Positions 49,926 to 59,652 of a stretch of DNA of 64,000 nucleotides are shown piece by piece. The position numbers were made by a program, and so were the translations under genes. The notes under the pieces are model-generated. The model did not search any database and was not told the origin of the DNA. It saw nothing but the letters and a program-made list of their open reading frames with translations. Every line of letters begins with the position of its first letter. Within the stretch, counting starts at the first letter, position 1. Origin of the DNA: an uncultured delta proteobacterium (lineage in GTDB: Bacteria > Desulfobacterota > Binatia > DP-6); contig CAWFFN010000009.1 of NCBI GenBank assembly GCA_963815115.1, forward strand, positions 1,280,001 to 1,344,000. Direction: 5' to 3'.

Positions 49926-51095
49926 GTGCGCGCGCTCACCCTCAAGCCCGGACGCGAGATGCCCGTCCGCGCGGGACATCCGTGGATCTTCTCGCGCGCC
50001 GTCGCCGTCGGCCTCGACGGCGCGGAGCCGGGCGAGCCGGTCCGCGTCCTCGCCGCAGACGGCGGGTTCGTCGCCGCCGGCTATTGCAACCCGCGCACCG
50101 CGATCGCGGTCCGCGTGCTCACGCTCGAGGACGAGCCGGTCGATGGCGCGCTCGTGGCGCGCCGTCTCGACGAGGCGCTGGCGCTGCGCCACGCGACGCT
50201 GCCCGAGGGCCTCACCGGCTACCGGATCGTCAACGGCGAGGGCGATCGGCTCCCCGGAGTGGTCGTCGATCGCTACGGCGATTTCCTGGTCTGCCAGCTC
50301 TTCACGGCAGGCGCCGTCCGGCTCGCCGGCGCGGTCGTCGACGCCCTCCAGGCGCGACTCGCGCCGCGGGGCGTCTACGAGCGCAGCGAGGGTGGCGTGC
50401 GCGCCGAGGAGGGACTCGGCGGCGCTCGCGGCGTGCTCGCGGGCGAGGAGCCGCCGGCACGGATCACGATCGTGGAGAACGGCATGCGCCTCGTGGCCGA
50501 CGTGCTGCACGGGCAGAAGACCGGGCTCTTTCTCGACCAGCGCGACAACCGCGCCCGCGTCCGCGGGCTGGCGAGCGGCCGGCGCGTCCTCAACGCCTTC
50601 GCCTACAGCGGCGGCTTCGCGATCGCCGCCGCGCTGGGTGGCGCCCGGCACGTCGTCTCCGTCGACACCTCACGCCTGGCGCTCGGGCTGGGGGAGGCGG
50701 CGTGGCCCGACAACGGCCTCGATCCGGCGCTCGCGGAATGGATCGAGGGCGACGTGTTCGAGTACCTGCGCGCCGTGCGCGAGCGCTTCGACCTGATCGT
50801 GCTCGATCCGCCGCCGTTCGTGCGCCGCCGCCGCGACCTGTCATCCGGGCTGCGCGGCTACAAGGACGTCAACCTGCAGGCGCTGCGCCGGCTCGCGCCG
50901 GGGGGATGGCTGCTCACCTGCTCCTGCTCGCAGCACCTCGACCGCACCGCCTTCCGGCAGGTGGTGGCGGCAGCGGCAGCCGACGCGGGCCGCTCCGCGC
51001 AGGTGGTCGCGGAGCTCGGCCATCCCGCCGACCATCCCACCGCGCTCGGCCACGCCGAGGGCGAGTACCTGAAGGCGCTGCTGCTGCGCGCGTGA
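49926..51095 (+). CDS. rlmI: RlmI-family SAM-dependent rRNA methyltransferase
   Basis: PUA-domain GHPWIF, EGDRLPGVVVDRY, GQKTGLFLDQRDNR, LDPPPF, CSCS, EYLK. Confidence 0.85.
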   Translation: MRALTLKPGREMPVRAGHPWIFSRAVAVGLDGAEPGEPVRVLAADGGFVAAGYCNPRTAIAVRVLTLEDEPVDGALVARRLDEALALRHATLPEGLTGYRIVNGEGDRLPGVVVDRYGDFLVCQLFTAGAVRLAGAVVDALQARLAPRGVYERSEGGVRAEEGLGGARGVLAGEEPPARITIVENGMRLVADVLHGQKTGLFLDQRDNRARVRGLASGRRVLNAFAYSGGFAIAAALGGARHVVSVDTSRLALGLGEAAWPDNGLDPALAEWIEGDVFEYLRAVRERFDLIVLDPPPFVRRRRDLSSGLRGYKDVNLQALRRLAPGGWLLTCSCSQHLDRTAFRQVVAAAAADAGRSAQVVAELGHPADHPTALGHAEGEYLKALLLRA

Positions 51096-51185
51096 CGCCG
51101 GACGGCTCCGTCGCGACCCCTGTGGCCCCGGCACCGTCCACGGCCAGCGATTCCGCCGTCTCCCGGGGTTCCGTATCGGAGACCG

Positions 51186-51863
51186 GTGCACTCGAGCATC
51201 GAGCAGACGCGGCCGGCGGGTGTCCGACGGCACCTGCTCGCCGCCGGCGCCGCCGCGTGCGGTGACGTCGAGCTGCTCGGCGTTTTGCTCGACGGCGGAG
51301 CCGGGAGTCCGTCGACGCACGCGGTCGCCGAGGAGCTGCTGCGTGCGAGCGGCGGCATCGTGCGGCTCGGGCGCGACGCGGCGCAGTTCGCGGCGCTCCT
51401 CGGACCGCGCTGGCGCCGCCGCCTGGCGCTGGTGCGCGCAGGGCTCGAGCTGGGTCGGCGCGCGGCGGCGACGCCGCTGGTTCTCGGCGAGGCGCTGCGC
51501 GACGCCGGCGCGGTGTACGGTCACCTCGGCGGCCGCCTGGCGCAGCTCGAGCGCGAGGTGTTTCTCGTGCTGCTGCTCGATGGCCGCAACCGCCTGCTCG
51601 GCGAGCTTCGCATCTCCGAGGGCACGCTCACGGCGGCCCTCGTGCACCCGCGGGAGGTCTTCGCGCCGGCGATCCGGCTCACCGCCGCGGCCATCGTCCT
51701 GGTCCACAACCACCCGAGCGGCGATCCGACGCCGTCGCCGGAGGATGCCGCGCTGACCGACCGCCTGCGACGCGCCGGCGAGCTGATCGGCATCAAGATT
51801 CTCGATCACGTCGTCGTCGGCCAGGGACGATTCGTCAGCATGGCCGAGGCGGGGCGCTGGTGA
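51186..51863 (+). CDS. radC: RadC/JAB-domain protein
   Basis: EVF, VHPREVF, HNHPSGDPTPSPED, LDHVVVG; degenerate N-terminal HhH region. Confidence 0.9.
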   Translation: MHSSIEQTRPAGVRRHLLAAGAAACGDVELLGVLLDGGAGSPSTHAVAEELLRASGGIVRLGRDAAQFAALLGPRWRRRLALVRAGLELGRRAAATPLVLGEALRDAGAVYGHLGGRLAQLEREVFLVLLLDGRNRLLGELRISEGTLTAALVHPREVFAPAIRLTAAAIVLVHNHPSGDPTPSPEDAALTDRLRRAGELIGIKILDHVVVGQGRFVSMAEAGRW

Positions 51864-51872
51864 GGCGGTGGC

Positions 51873-52289
51873 TCAGAACGGGATGTCGTCGTCCTCGGGC
51901 ACGGGGGCCGGCGGCACGTCCTCGGCGCCGCTCCCGGACGCGCCGCCCCGCGGGCCTTCGCCGCGGCCGCCGAGGAACTGCACGCGCTGGGCGATCACCT
52001 CGGTGATGTAGCGCTTGTTGCCGTCCTTGTCGTCGTACTGCCGCGTACGGATGGAGCCCTCGATGTACACCTGACGGCCCTTGGCGAGATACTGGCCGCA
52101 GGTCTCTCCCTGCTTCCCCCACACGACCACGTTGTGCCACTCGGTGCGCTCCTGGCGCTGCCCCTCGCGATCGTTCCAGACCTCGCTGGTCGCGACCGGG
52201 AAGCGCGCCACGGCCTGGCCGCCGCCGGTGAACCGCACCTCCGGATCCTTGCCGAGATTGCCGATCAGCAGCACCTTGTTCACCGACAT
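51873..52289 (-). CDS. ssb: Single-stranded DNA-binding protein
   Basis: [27 protein letters not shown]-terminal DDDIPF. Confidence 0.97.
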   Translation of the reverse strand: MSVNKVLLIGNLGKDPEVRFTGGGQAVARFPVATSEVWNDREGQRQERTEWHNVVVWGKQGETCGQYLAKGRQVYIEGSIRTRQYDDKDGNKRYITEVIAQRVQFLGGRGEGPRGGASGSGAEDVPPAPVPEDDDIPF

Positions 52290-52310
52290 CGCCACGCCCT
52301 CCGTGGCCGG

Positions 52311-52339
52311 ACGATAGACGCAGGTTCCCGGACCGTCAA
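52311..52339 (-). promoter_or_regulatory. Putative sigma70 promoter of ssb
   Basis: Minus strand TTGACG-N17-TATCGT, about 20 nt upstream of the ATG. Confidence 0.6.
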
Positions 52340-52409
52340 TGCGATGGCGCCGAATCGTTGGGTCGAGGTGCTCTGCAACCAGGCGTGCGGGCAGGCGAGA
52401 GACCGTGCG

Positions 52410-52439
52410 TTGACTTCGCGCGCCGGCGCCCGCTATCGT
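52410..52439 (+). promoter_or_regulatory. Putative sigma70 promoter of the plsC-rnj-ftsK operon
   Basis: TTGACT-N18-TATCGT, divergent from the ssb promoter and sharing the same -10 hexamer. Confidence 0.55.
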
Positions 52440-52495
52440 CGGCGCTGGACGACTTGAAACAGTGGGGGCTTGCATCGGCGGTTGGTGAGGGTCCA

Positions 52496-53236
52496 GTGGT
52501 TGTTGTCTCGGTCCTCAAGCTGCTCGGCATCGCGCTGAACACGGCGCTCCTCGCGCCCCTGTGCGTCGGTCTGGGGATGATCGACGGACGCTGGGCCTAC
52601 CGGGTGGCGCAGCTCTGGGTGCGGATCAACCTCCTGCTCACCGGCGTTCGCATCCGCACCCGGCGGGAGGCGCCGCTCGACCGGCACGCTCCGTTCGTCT
52701 TCATGGCAAATCACCAGAGTCATTTCGACGTCCTCGCGGTGGTCGCGGCCCTGCCCGAGTTCCAGCTGCGCTGGGTCGCCAAGAAGGAGCTCACGCGCAT
52801 TCCCGTCTTCGGCTGGGCGCTGCGCCACTCGGACCACATCATCATCGACCGCAGCGACCACGCGCAGGCCATGGCCAGCGTGCGCGCCGCCAGCGAGAGG
52901 ATGCGCCGGGGGCTCTGCGTCATCATCTTCCCCGAGGGCACGCGCGGCCCGGGCGGCGGCACGCTGCTCCCGCTGAAGAAGGGTGGCTTCGTGCTCGCCA
53001 CGGAGGCGGGCGTCCCGGTGGTGCCCATCGCCGTCCGGGGCAGTGCGGCGGTGCTGGGACCGCACGCGTGGCAGATTCACGGTGGCGAGATCGACGTCCT
53101 GGTCGGTACGCCGATCCCGGTCGCGAGGCTCGCGCGCGACCAGGTCATGCGGCAGGTCCGCGAGCGGCTGGAGGCCATGGTGTCGACCGAGCACGTGCGG
53201 GCCCCCGTGCGGGTGCGGCTGGCGGAGGCGCGATGA
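52496..53236 (+). CDS. plsC: 1-acyl-sn-glycerol-3-phosphate acyltransferase
   Basis: Intact NHQSHFD (HxxxxD), AKKEL, IDR, FPEGTR, KKGGF; start approximate. Confidence 0.88.
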   Translation: MVVVSVLKLLGIALNTALLAPLCVGLGMIDGRWAYRVAQLWVRINLLLTGVRIRTRREAPLDRHAPFVFMANHQSHFDVLAVVAALPEFQLRWVAKKELTRIPVFGWALRHSDHIIIDRSDHAQAMASVRAASERMRRGLCVIIFPEGTRGPGGGTLLPLKKGGFVLATEAGVPVVPIAVRGSAAVLGPHAWQIHGGEIDVLVGTPIPVARLARDQVMRQVRERLEAMVSTEHVRAPVRVRLAEAR

Positions 53237-54888
53237 CGAGGGGAGTGCCATCGCTGCGGGTGATCCCGCTCGGCGGGCTCGGCGAGATCGGTCTCAATCT
53301 GCTGGTGCTCGAGTGCGGCGAGACGGCGATCGCCATCGACTGCGGGGTCATGTTTCCCGACGAGCAGATGCTCGGCATCGACGTCGTCATCCCGGACGTC
53401 ACGCATCTGCGCGCGCTGGGGCGCCGCCTGCAGGCGATCTTTCTCACGCACGGTCACGAGGACCACATCGGTGCGCTGCCCTACGTCCTGGGCGAGTTCG
53501 ACGTCCCGGTCTACGGCACGCCGCTCACCATCGGCTTCGTGCGCTCGCGCCTGCGCGAGCACGGCATCCCGGCCACCCTCGCGTGCTACCGCAGCGATCC
53601 GATCGAGGTCGGCGCGTTCACCGTCGAGCCGTTCGCGGTCACCCATTCCATCCCCGACTCGGTCGGCCTCGCGGTCCGGACGCCGGTCGGGACGGTGATC
53701 CACACCGGCGACTTCAAGCTCGACCAGACGCCGCTCGACGGCCGGCTGCCCGATCTCGGGCGCCTCGCCGAGCTGGGAGCCGAGGGCGTGCTGCTGCTGA
53801 TGTCCGACTCGACCAACGTCGAGCATCCCGGCGTGACGCCGTCGGAACGCTCGGTGGGCGCGCACCTCGAGCACATCTTCCGGGAGGCCGAGGGCCGCGT
53901 CGTCGTCACCACGTTCTCCTCGCACATCCACCGCATGCAGCAGGTGATCGACGTCGCGGTGCGCTTCGGGCGAAAGCTGGCGCTGGTCGGGCGCAGCCTC
54001 ACGTCGCACGTCGCCACCGCCCGCGATCTCGGGCTGCTCCACGTGCGGGACGACGCACTGGTCGATCTCGCGGTCGCCCGCGAGCTGCCGCGGCGCGAGG
54101 TGGCGCTCATCACGGCGGGCAGCCAGGCCGAGGCGGCCTCGGCCCTGGTGCGGATCGCGATGAACGACCACAAGCAGATCGCCCTCACGCCCGGCGACGT
54201 GGTCGTGCTCTCGTCGCGCGTCATCCCGGGAAACGAACGCGCCATCTCGAGCCTCGTGAACCACCTCTACCGGCGCGGCGCCATCGTTCACTACGGCCGC
54301 AACACCCCGATCCACGTCTCGGGGCACGCCTCGCAGGAAGAGCTGAAGCTCGTCCTGAACCTCGTCCGGCCGCAGCACTTCGTGCCCGTCCACGGCGAGT
54401 ACCGCCACCTCGTGCGCCACCTCCAGCTCGCGCGCGAGGTCGGCGTCCCCGCCGCCGGCTGCCATCTGCTCGAGGACGGCGACGTGCTCGCCCTCGGTCC
54501 CGGGGGCGCGACGCGACCCGAGCGGGTGCCGGCGGGCCGGGTGTTCGTCGACGGCAAGGGCATCGGGGAAGTCGGTGACGTGGTCCTGCGCGATCGGCGG
54601 CATCTCTCCGAGGACGGCCTCGTGCTCGCCGTCCTGGCCATTGCCCAGCAGTCGGGAGAGATCGTGGCCGGCCCCGACCTGGTGTCGCGCGGGGTGGTCG
54701 CGGAGGAGGCCCAAACCGAGGTCTTCGAGCGTGCCCGCGGCGAGGTGCTGGAGGCCCTGGGCTCGATCAACCCCGAATCGCGCACCGATCCGGCCGAGGT
54801 CCAGGAAGAGGTCCGCAAGGCTTTACGCAGGTATTTCAAGCGTCTGGACCGCCGCCCGGTCATCCTCCCCTTCGTCCTCGAGATGTAG
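53233..54888 (+). CDS. rnj: Ribonuclease J
   Basis: PLGGLGEIG, THGHEDHIG, HSIPD, HTGDFK, DSTN, HVSGHAS, PVHGE. Confidence 0.95.
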   Translation: MTRGVPSLRVIPLGGLGEIGLNLLVLECGETAIAIDCGVMFPDEQMLGIDVVIPDVTHLRALGRRLQAIFLTHGHEDHIGALPYVLGEFDVPVYGTPLTIGFVRSRLREHGIPATLACYRSDPIEVGAFTVEPFAVTHSIPDSVGLAVRTPVGTVIHTGDFKLDQTPLDGRLPDLGRLAELGAEGVLLLMSDSTNVEHPGVTPSERSVGAHLEHIFREAEGRVVVTTFSSHIHRMQQVIDVAVRFGRKLALVGRSLTSHVATARDLGLLHVRDDALVDLAVARELPRREVALITAGSQAEAASALVRIAMNDHKQIALTPGDVVVLSSRVIPGNERAISSLVNHLYRRGAIVHYGRNTPIHVSGHASQEELKLVLNLVRPQHFVPVHGEYRHLVRHLQLAREVGVPAAGCHLLEDGDVLALGPGGATRPERVPAGRVFVDGKGIGEVGDVVLRDRRHLSEDGLVLAVLAIAQQSGEIVAGPDLVSRGVVAEEAQTEVFERARGEVLEALGSINPESRTDPAEVQEEVRKALRRYFKRLDRRPVILPFVLEM

Positions 54889-54913
54889 TACACGAGGGCG
54901 CGGTGGTGGGGTG

Positions 54914-57247
54914 ATGGCGGCGCGGAAGCCGGCAGCGGCCGTCCCGGCGGGGCGGCACCTCTTGCGGGAGGCGGAAGCCCTCACGGGCGGCGCCGTCGCG
55001 GTGTTCGTGGCGCTCAGCCTGGTGTCGTACGCGCCCGATCTGCCGCGCCAGAACCTCGGGGGCCCTGTCGGGCATCTCCTCGCCGACACGGCGCTCCGCG
55101 CCCTCGGCATCGCGTCGTATCTCTTCCCGCTCTACCTGGGCTTCGTGGCGATCGCCCTGCTGCGGCGCAACGGCGACGACCTGGGCGGCATGCGACTGGG
55201 CGGAGCGGTGCTGCTGGTCTGCGCGGTGGCCGCCCTGGCGGGCCTGATCGGCGGGGGACGCGGGTCGGCGCGCGGCGGCGGCTGGCTGGGAGGATTTCTC
55301 GGCACGGCGCTGCACCAGCTGGTGGGTGGCCCGGGCGCCTACCTGACGCTCGCGGTGGTCATGATCACGTCGTTGGTGCTCGCCACCGGTGTCTCGGCCT
55401 TCGAGGTCACCGAGCGCTTCGCGCGCTGGGGGTTCGCGCGCGTCGGTGCCGGCGTGCGCTGGGGCGTCGGCCGGTTGCGCCGGCGTGCGCCGGCCGAGGA
55501 GGCGGAGCCGGCGGCGGTGCGCGCCCTGCGCCCGGCCGCTCGTCTGCCGATCTCGCTCGACGAGCCCGTCGACGAACTGCCCGAGCGCCGCAAGGCCCAG
55601 CCCCAGGGCCCGCGCGGCGACGATCCGCCACCGATCATCCGCGAGCCGGAGCGCAGGCCGGAGCCGCCCAAGCGCGAGCGGCCGCGACGGCTCGAGAGCC
55701 AGCAGGAGCTCTTCGGTGAGGACACCTATCGGCTGCCGCCGCCGAGCCTCCTCGATCCGCCGCCGAAGAGCAGCCAGCCCATCGACGAGGCCGCGCTCCT
55801 CACCAGCTCCCGCATCCTCGAGAACAAGCTCGCCGACTTCGGTGTCGCCGGCAAGGTGGTCGCCGTCCGTCCCGGCCCGGTCATCACCACCTTCGAGTTC
55901 GAGCCGGCGCCCGGCGTCAAGGTGAGCCGGATCGTCAACCTGGCCGACGATCTCACCATGGCGCTGCGCGCGGCGTCGGTGCGCATCCTGGCGCCCATTC
56001 CCGGCAAGCCCGTGGTCGGCGTCGAGGTGTCCAATCCGCGCCGCGAGACGGTCTTCATCAGGGAGCTGCTGCAGGGAGACGCCTACCGCCACGCGGAGTC
56101 GAAGCTCACCCTCGCCATCGGCAAGGACACCACCGGCAACGTCTGCGTGCACGACCTCGCCCGCATGCCGCACCTGCTGATCGCGGGCGCCACCGGGACG
56201 GGCAAGTCGGTATCGATGAACGCCATGATCCTGAGCATTCTCTTCAAGGCGTCGCCGCGGGACGTCCGCATGATCATGATCGACCCCAAGATGCTCGAGC
56301 TGTCGGTCTTCGAGCACATTCCGCATCTCCTCGTGCCCGTCGTGACCAACCCGAAGAAAGCGTCGGCGGCGCTCGCGAACATGGTGAAGGAGATGGAGGA
56401 GCGCTACCGCCTGCTGCACGACAAGGGCGTGCGTAACGTCGACGGCTACAACCGCCTGGTGGCGCAGGCGGCCGAGGCCGCGGGCGAGGTGCAAGAGGAC
56501 GACAGCGCCGAATCCGAGCCGGCCGAGGACCTGGAAGAGGTCGCCGTGCCCGAGACCGGCAACGGTGCGGAGGGCGGCCCGCTCGTGCACCGGCATCTCC
56601 CGCGGGTGGTGGTGATCATCGACGAGCTGGCCGACCTGATGCTCACGGTCGGTCACGAGATCGAGGAGTCGATCACGCGCCTGGCGCAGAAGGCGCGGGC
56701 CGCGGGCATCCACCTCATTCTCGCCACGCAACGCCCGTCGGTCGACGTGATCACCGGACTCATCAAGGCCAACTTCCCGGCTCGCATCTCCTTCCAGGTG
56801 ACGTCCGGCACCAACTCGCGCACCATCCTCGACTGCGTGGGCGCCGAGCGCTTGCTCGGGGAGGGCGACATGCTCTTCCTGCCACCCGGCACGGCCCGCG
56901 TGACGCGGCTGCACGGAGCCTTCGTCTCCGACCAGGACGTTCACCGGGTCGTCGACTTCATCAAGCGCCAGGAGCAGCCGCGCTACGAGCTCCAGCTCCT
57001 CGAGGGCGAGGACGAGGACGAGGCCGGAGGGGACGACGTCGAGGACTTCTCCGACGAGCTCTACGACCTCGCCGTGCAGCAGGTGACGGAGCACCGCCAG
57101 GCGTCGATCTCGTGGCTCCAGCGGCGGCTGCGCGTCGGCTACAACCGCGCGGCGCGCATGATCGAGCGCATGGAACGCGAGGGCGTGGTCTCCGCACCGT
57201 CCGGAGCGAAGGGCCGCGAGGTCGTTGCCCGCCGCGTCGACGGCTGA
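54914..57247 (+). CDS. ftsK: DNA translocase FtsK
   Basis: N-terminal TM domain, PHLLIAGATGTGKS, IDELADLM, ATQRPSVDVITG, gamma-domain LQRRLRVGYNRAAR. Confidence 0.96.
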   Translation: MAARKPAAAVPAGRHLLREAEALTGGAVAVFVALSLVSYAPDLPRQNLGGPVGHLLADTALRALGIASYLFPLYLGFVAIALLRRNGDDLGGMRLGGAVLLVCAVAALAGLIGGGRGSARGGGWLGGFLGTALHQLVGGPGAYLTLAVVMITSLVLATGVSAFEVTERFARWGFARVGAGVRWGVGRLRRRAPAEEAEPAAVRALRPAARLPISLDEPVDELPERRKAQPQGPRGDDPPPIIREPERRPEPPKRERPRRLESQQELFGEDTYRLPPPSLLDPPPKSSQPIDEAALLTSSRILENKLADFGVAGKVVAVRPGPVITTFEFEPAPGVKVSRIVNLADDLTMALRAASVRILAPIPGKPVVGVEVSNPRRETVFIRELLQGDAYRHAESKLTLAIGKDTTGNVCVHDLARMPHLLIAGATGTGKSVSMNAMILSILFKASPRDVRMIMIDPKMLELSVFEHIPHLLVPVVTNPKKASAALANMVKEMEERYRLLHDKGVRNVDGYNRLVAQAAEAAGEVQEDDSAESEPAEDLEEVAVPETGNGAEGGPLVHRHLPRVVVIIDELADLMLTVGHEIEESITRLAQKARAAGIHLILATQRPSVDVITGLIKANFPARISFQVTSGTNSRTILDCVGAERLLGEGDMLFLPPGTARVTRLHGAFVSDQDVHRVVDFIKRQEQPRYELQLLEGEDEDEAGGDDVEDFSDELYDLAVQQVTEHRQASISWLQRRLRVGYNRAARMIERMEREGVVSAPSGAKGREVVARRVDG

Positions 57248-58427
57248 GGCGCTGCCGCCGCTCTACACGCGCGCCTTCTGGACGGCGTGCGCCGTGCATC
57301 TGACGGGGGCCCTCAGCCTCGCCATGTTCGTGCTGATCCCGCTGCTGGTGCGGGCGCTCGGCGGCAGCGATCTCACCATCGGGCTGGTGCTGGGCGTCTC
57401 CAGCGCCGCCAGCGTGGCGACGCGGCCGCTGGTGGGGATGTTGCTCGACGCCGCCGGCCGCCGTCCCGTGCTGCTCGCCGCGGGGGCGCTGAACGTGCTC
57501 TCCTGGCTGCCGTTCCTCGCGCTCCGAACCCCCGGTGCGTGGCTGTTTGCCTGCGCCACGGCGCACGCGATCGTCTGGGGCGCGCTCTTCGCGGCCTACT
57601 TCACCTACGCCGCCGACCTGACGCCACCGACCCGGCGCGCGGAGGGCATCGCCGTGTTCGGCGTCTTCGGGATGGCGGCAAACGGACTCGGGCCGATGCT
57701 GGGCGAGGGCATCATCGCGGGCCGGGGCTTCCCGGCCTTCTTTTTCACCGCAGCTGCCTTCGGCCTCGCGTCCCTCGCGCTGACGACGCTGGTGCCGTCG
57801 CGGCCCGCGGCGCTGCGCGCGTCCGACGCCGTGCCGCACGCGGGCAGACGATCGCTGCTCGCCGCCGCCACGCAGCCGGGCATGCCGCGCGTGCTGGCGG
57901 TCACCGTGGTCCTCGGGGTGGCCATCAACGCGGCGTTCTTCTTCGTGGCCCCGTTCACCCGTGACGTCGGGCTCACGCGCAGCGGTCCGTTCTACGCGTC
58001 CTACGCCGCCACGAGCATCGTGATCCGGCTGCTCGGACGGCGCGCGCTCGACGCCCTCGGCCCGCACCTCGTCTCCTATCCGGCGTTCGCCATCTTCGGC
58101 CTCGGTCTCGCCGGGCTGGTGCGGCTGCCCGCACCCGGCGTGCTCGTGCTGTGCGGCGCCGCCTGCGGCCTGGGGCACGGCACGCTCTTCCCCGTGCTCA
58201 ATGCGCTCGCCATCACCCGAGCGCCGGGCCGCCTCCAGGGCACGGTGGTGAGCCTCCACACCGCGGCGCTCGACCTGGGCGCCGTGGTGGGAACGCCGCT
58301 CTGCGGGCTCCTCGCCGAGCGCGCCGGCTTCCCGGTGATGTTCCAGATCATGGGTGCCGCGTGCCTGCTCGGCGCCGGCCTGATGGCGATGGATCCCGCA
58401 CGCTCGGGGCGGAGGCGGATGCCCTGA
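57225..58427 (+). CDS. MFS transporter
   Basis: About 12 hydrophobic segments, motif A-like GMLLDAAGRR, PPTRRAEG; start uncertain. Confidence 0.88.
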   Translation: MPAASTAEALPPLYTRAFWTACAVHLTGALSLAMFVLIPLLVRALGGSDLTIGLVLGVSSAASVATRPLVGMLLDAAGRRPVLLAAGALNVLSWLPFLALRTPGAWLFACATAHAIVWGALFAAYFTYAADLTPPTRRAEGIAVFGVFGMAANGLGPMLGEGIIAGRGFPAFFFTAAAFGLASLALTTLVPSRPAALRASDAVPHAGRRSLLAAATQPGMPRVLAVTVVLGVAINAAFFFVAPFTRDVGLTRSGPFYASYAATSIVIRLLGRRALDALGPHLVSYPAFAIFGLGLAGLVRLPAPGVLVLCGAACGLGHGTLFPVLNALAITRAPGRLQGTVVSLHTAALDLGAVVGTPLCGLLAERAGFPVMFQIMGAACLLGAGLMAMDPARSGRRRMP

Positions 58428-58508
58428 GCCGCGGTGGTGGCACCGGCCTGCGCCGCAGGCCACCGTCCGCCCTTGCGCTGCTCGGGGTCGACCTGTAGCG
58501 GTCCCTCC

Positions 58509-59153
58509 ATGCGACCCAGAGCCGGGGTGGCCCTTGCCATCCTCGTCCTCGCCGTGCCCGCCCACGCCGACGCCCTCAGGAACGTGCTGGCCCGCCTCCA
58601 GGCGCGCTACGACGGCACCGACACGATGCAGGCCGATTTTCGCCAGACCGTCGAGTCGAAGACGCTGGCCGGGACGCTCGAGAGCAAGGGGAAAGTGGCC
58701 TTCTCGAAGCCGAACCGCATGCGCTGGGACTACGATCCGCCCGACGCGCAGACCATCGTCGGCGACGGCGACACGCTCTGGATCTACCAGCCCGATCTGA
58801 AACAGGTGATCAAGGCGCCGCTCTCCCAGGCGTTCCAGTCGAGCACGCCGGTGAGCTTCCTGGCCGGGCTCGGGCGGGTCGAGCGCGACTTCGATGCGAC
58901 TCTCGAGCGGGAGGACCCCGAGCAGTGGCTGCTGAAGCTCGTCCCGAAGCAGAAGCAGGCGGGCGTGGGTCTCCTCGAGCTGGGGGTACGGAAGTCCGAC
59001 GCCAGCGTGGCGGAGGCGAGGGTGACCGACGCGGCCGGCACCACCACGCGCATCTTCTTCACGGACGAGCGCCGCAACGTGACCCTCGAGCCGGACCTGT
59101 TCCGCTTCTCGCCGCCGCCAGGGGTTGACGTGGTGAAGCCCCCGACCTATTGA
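58509..59153 (+). CDS. lolA: Outer-membrane lipoprotein carrier LolA
   Basis: Signal peptide, ADFRQ, KPNRMRWDY, IVGDGDTLWIYQPDLKQV, FRFSPPPGVDVV; follows ftsK. Confidence 0.9.
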   Translation: MRPRAGVALAILVLAVPAHADALRNVLARLQARYDGTDTMQADFRQTVESKTLAGTLESKGKVAFSKPNRMRWDYDPPDAQTIVGDGDTLWIYQPDLKQVIKAPLSQAFQSSTPVSFLAGLGRVERDFDATLEREDPEQWLLKLVPKQKQAGVGLLELGVRKSDASVAEARVTDAAGTTTRIFFTDERRNVTLEPDLFRFSPPPGVDVVKPPTY

Positions 59154-59162
59154 GCGCGCCCC

Positions 59163-59648
59163 ATGCCGTCGTTCGACGTGGTGTGCAAGCTCGACCTGCA
59201 GGAGGTCGACAACGCCATCAACCAGACGCTGAAGGAGGTCGGGCAGCGCTTCGACTTCAAGGGAACGCCCACCGAGGTGCGGCGTGAGGAGTTCGCCCTC
59301 CAGCTGCGCTCGGCCGACGATTTCAAGGTCCGTGCGCTCGCCGACATCCTGCGCGAGAAGCTCGCGCGCCGGCAGGTGCCGCTGCGGGCGTTGCAGGACG
59401 GACCCCTCGAGCCCGGTCCCGCGGGTTCGTCGAAGCAGCGCCTCGATCTCCAGCAGGGAATCGCGATCGACAAGGCACGCGAGATCGTCAAGCTGGTGAA
59501 GGAGGCGAAGCTGAAGGTGCAGGTCGCGATCCAGGGCGATCAGGTGCGCGTCACGGGCAAGAAGCGCGACGACCTGCAGGCCGTGATGAAGCTGCTGCGC
59601 GAGGGTGACCTCGGCATCGCCATGCAGTTCGTCAACTTCCGGGACTGA
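59163..59648 (+). CDS. yajQ: YajQ-family nucleotide-binding protein
   Basis: MPSFDVV, RFDFKG, IQGDQVRVTGKKRDDLQ, NFRD. Confidence 0.95.
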   Translation: MPSFDVVCKLDLQEVDNAINQTLKEVGQRFDFKGTPTEVRREEFALQLRSADDFKVRALADILREKLARRQVPLRALQDGPLEPGPAGSSKQRLDLQQGIAIDKAREIVKLVKEAKLKVQVAIQGDQVRVTGKKRDDLQAVMKLLREGDLGIAMQFVNFRD

Positions 59649-59652
59649 CGGC

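Noticed and set aside
51186-51863. radC as a marker of a mobile element or anti-defence locus
   Set aside because: It is the long chromosomal form among housekeeping genes, with no mobile-element context.
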